Position numbers and translations under genes: made by a program | The notes under the pieces: model-generated | Database searches by the model: none | What the model saw: the letters and a program-made list of their open reading frames with translations, nothing else | Told to the model about the DNA's origin: nothing | In this document: positions 30,216-32,000 of the stretch, piece by piece | Layout of the letters: each line of letters begins with the position of its first letter | Position numbering within the stretch: the first letter of the stretch is position 1 | Assembly (NCBI RefSeq): GCF_000829235.1 | Contig: NZ_AP012549.1 | Span: forward strand, 1,076,197 to 1,108,196 | DNA: 32,000 bases | Source: a cyanobacterium endosymbiont of Epithemia turgida isolate EtSB Lake Yunoko | GTDB lineage: Bacteria; Cyanobacteriota; Cyanobacteriia; Cyanobacteriales; Microcystaceae | Reading direction: 5' to 3'

Positions 30216-30778
30216 ATGAGAAATACCAAAATTTTTAGTGCTAATATAAATGCAATATAGCACTAGATAAATACATAAAAACTTGAGTATTTCCAAAAAA
30301 TACGTAGGTAAATTAAAATAAGTCTAAATATAAAAACGCAGTCACAAAAAAGTTATTACTATCTCTTGTTTATCTTACAATTTTTATTTTTAATTAATAT
30401 TAATTATTATACTTCTTTAATCTCTTTTTAGAATAAATTTTTTCTATAAAGTGCCAGCAAAATCAAAAGAGATCACTCGAATATTTGATTATTTTTTGAT
30501 GATTATAAAATTTTTTATTGTTCTCTATCTATTTTATTTACAAACTTATACTACATAAGTATCTTTAATAGAAGAGAGTTACGTAAAATAAAAGCTTATA
30601 AAATTAATAAAAAATATTTAAAGATAAATATGCTTTGGACAATAACGTTAAATAAAAAATTTTAGAAAAACAATATTAACTTAATCCTAGGGTTTTAAAT
30701 ATAAAGATACAAGATGATTTTTTATATTTAAATTATAATTAACTACTACTCCTTAGTTTGTTTCAAAAACAATAGTAT

Positions 30779-30820
30779 AAAAACCACCTATAAAAATAAT
30801 TATTTTTATAGGTGGTTTTT
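30779..30820. terminator. 40-nt perfect palindrome flanked by an A-run and a T-run (bidirectional terminator-like)
   Basis: aaaaccacctataaaaataattatttttataggtggtttt (30779..30818) is its own reverse complement, and the T-run continues to 30820. It lies mid-spacer, about 650 nt from the nearest gene on one side and about 750 nt on the other. Confidence 0.5.
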
Positions 30821-31317
30821 TCAGCAAATAAATTTTTGATTACTATCTTAACTTACTCTAATATAGATAATTTTTTATAAAAAACTTAATTAATATTGTC
30901 TAACTTAAGGTTTCATTTTTTTCAACAGGGACTTTATTTTCCCGTAACTGAGTGATGAGAAATACTTTGAATACCTCTATAGCCTAGCATAGCTGTTCCT
31001 CTTTTAATAGAATGAGTAGCCCGCAATATTTAATTAACCAGTTCTCGATCTTCAACAACAAAAGATGGTTTTTATATTCCTAATTTAAGGATTTATAAAA
31101 TATTCCCTAGTTCATCCAATGAAGTAACCTAGTATTTTTTGTTAATCTATAATAGTTTCTTTATTAACGCACAACAAAAATGGTCACAGTTAATGCATGT
31201 AACCAATCAATGAAGCCTATAATCCCAATATTACCGCATTTCTAAAAACTTGCTATAGATTATCTGGGACTCTCTGTTTCCTTCTAGTTCCAAACGGTGA
31301 TTTAGATTCAAACAAAT

Positions 31318-31353
31318 AATATGAGGGGTGAATGGCTACTCACCCCTCATATT
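31318..31353 (-). terminator. 14-bp hairpin with a GC-rich core, possible terminator of the 85-aa gene
   Basis: aatatgaggggtga (31318..31331) is the exact reverse complement of tcacccctcatatt (31340..31353), with an 8-nt loop. On the minus strand it is followed by ATTTGTTTGAA. It lies about 210 nt past the stop at 31566. Confidence 0.35.
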
Positions 31354-31565
31354 ATCAATCAGCAGTAATGGCAAAAACTGAACAGGAAATATTAAAAGTT
31401 TAAATGATTTCCTTTCAGATTATGCTATCACACTACCTATTTAAAATCAGAAAATAGAGAAAGACTAACATATCCTTTTGTAAAACTATCAACTGTTTCC
31501 TGTTGACTAATTATCTAGCCGATAAGGCCATAACTCAAAAAGGTTGCTTACTTTTGCGATTTAGC

Positions 31566-31823
31566 TTAGGAAAAGAACCCTGGGACCCTTCCAGCCGATG
31601 CAGCGCCATCTTTCTGAGAAAGGATCACGGCACTGATTTGATCGCTCATCACAGCGATTTTCTTCTCCGTTTGTTTTTCACAAGTTAATTCAATTAATTC
31701 AGGAGTTAGGGAGCGCATAGCAGAGATAATTTTCTCATATAGAGAGTCTGCATCTTTTGTCTCTTTACGCTGGACGGAAATAGGTATAGACGTATATTTC
31801 AGGGTCAGTTCAATGCTAATCAT
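31566..31823 (-). CDS. Small hypothetical protein, 85 aa
   Basis: This intact ORF has balanced composition (MISIELTLKYTSIPISVQRKETKDADSLYEKIISAMRS...GRVPGFFS) and a weak AAGAG upstream of the ATG. I recognise no family with confidence. Confidence 0.55.
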   Translation of the reverse strand: MISIELTLKYTSIPISVQRKETKDADSLYEKIISAMRSLTPELIELTCEKQTEKKIAVMSDQISAVILSQKDGAASAGRVPGFFS

Positions 31824-32000
31824 GAATGCTCTTAACTACAGAGGTATCCTTTTGATTATCTGACAGAATTTATCTTTCTTTCCAGAACCAACAGCTAAGG
31901 AGAAATCTTCATATTTTATTAATACTCTAGATCGAAAGCTATGGTGCTTTATTCCGGAGGGGTGTAACTCAAGAAAAGTAGAAATTTCTCACAATTCTCT

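Noticed and set aside
30934-31068. Minus-strand fragment PSFVVEDRELVN*ILRATHSIKRGTAMLGYRGIQSISHHSVTGK*, faintly reminiscent of the C-terminal HxLRxT...LGHxS region of tyrosine recombinases.
   Set aside because: The resemblance is limited to a few spaced residues, the key His-x-x-Arg context is not intact, and the frame is bounded by stops. It is too weak to call an integrase relic or a mobile element.
1-32000. Search for tRNA (GGTTCGAATCC-type T-arms), rRNA, CRISPR-like regularly spaced repeats, group II intron domain V, and IS or transposase ORFs.
   Set aside because: I found none by eye. The only tandem repeat is the 20-bp x3 at 5029..5087. All long inverted repeats have unique arm sequences within this window, so there is no evidence here for a dispersed repeat family.

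Overview
This is a cyanobacterial chromosomal segment carrying ordinary housekeeping genes at unusually low coding density. The cyanobacterial assignment rests on the gene set: hemL, FtsH, an Aas-type acyl-ACP synthetase, Amt, RibD, RNase HI, an rpmG-rpsR-RNase II cluster and an ECF sigma/anti-sigma pair. Two HIP1 octamers (GCGATCGC at 13420 and 23870) support it. The 16 CDS I accept cover 15,705 of 32,000 nt, about 49%. They are separated by eight spacers of 0.8-3.6 kb that are very A+T-rich by eye and contain almost no ORF of 60 aa or more in any frame. One spacer holds a clear pseudogene: an S9 peptidase with a frameshift, three in-frame stops and a large internal deletion. Other spacers hold weaker relics, namely a multiply interrupted frame at 4330-4849, an LRR motif near 29000 and small TM-like ORFs. 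My reading is a genome undergoing reductive evolution or gene decay, as reported for host-associated or otherwise low-coding-density cyanobacteria. That is inference; I cannot name the organism. I found no tRNA, rRNA, CRISPR array, IS/transposase, defence island or biosynthetic cluster, and no convincing novel multi-gene system. The features that annotated genes do not explain are listed here. (1) Perfect 11-24 bp hairpins lie far from any intact gene, including a cluster of three consecutive hairpins. (2) A 20-bp x3 tandem repeat triplicates the start codon of a 55-codon ORF and creates ATGA-coupled mini-ORFs. (3) A ~106-nt three-stem element sits directly 3' of the anti-sigma gene. (4) A 22-bp inverted repeat lies in the amt/ribD divergent promoter region. 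(5) A GC-richer ~175-nt island has closing-stem complementarity. (6) A canonical ECF-type promoter motif precedes the sigma gene. All product calls rest on motif recognition from memory and were not checked against any database.
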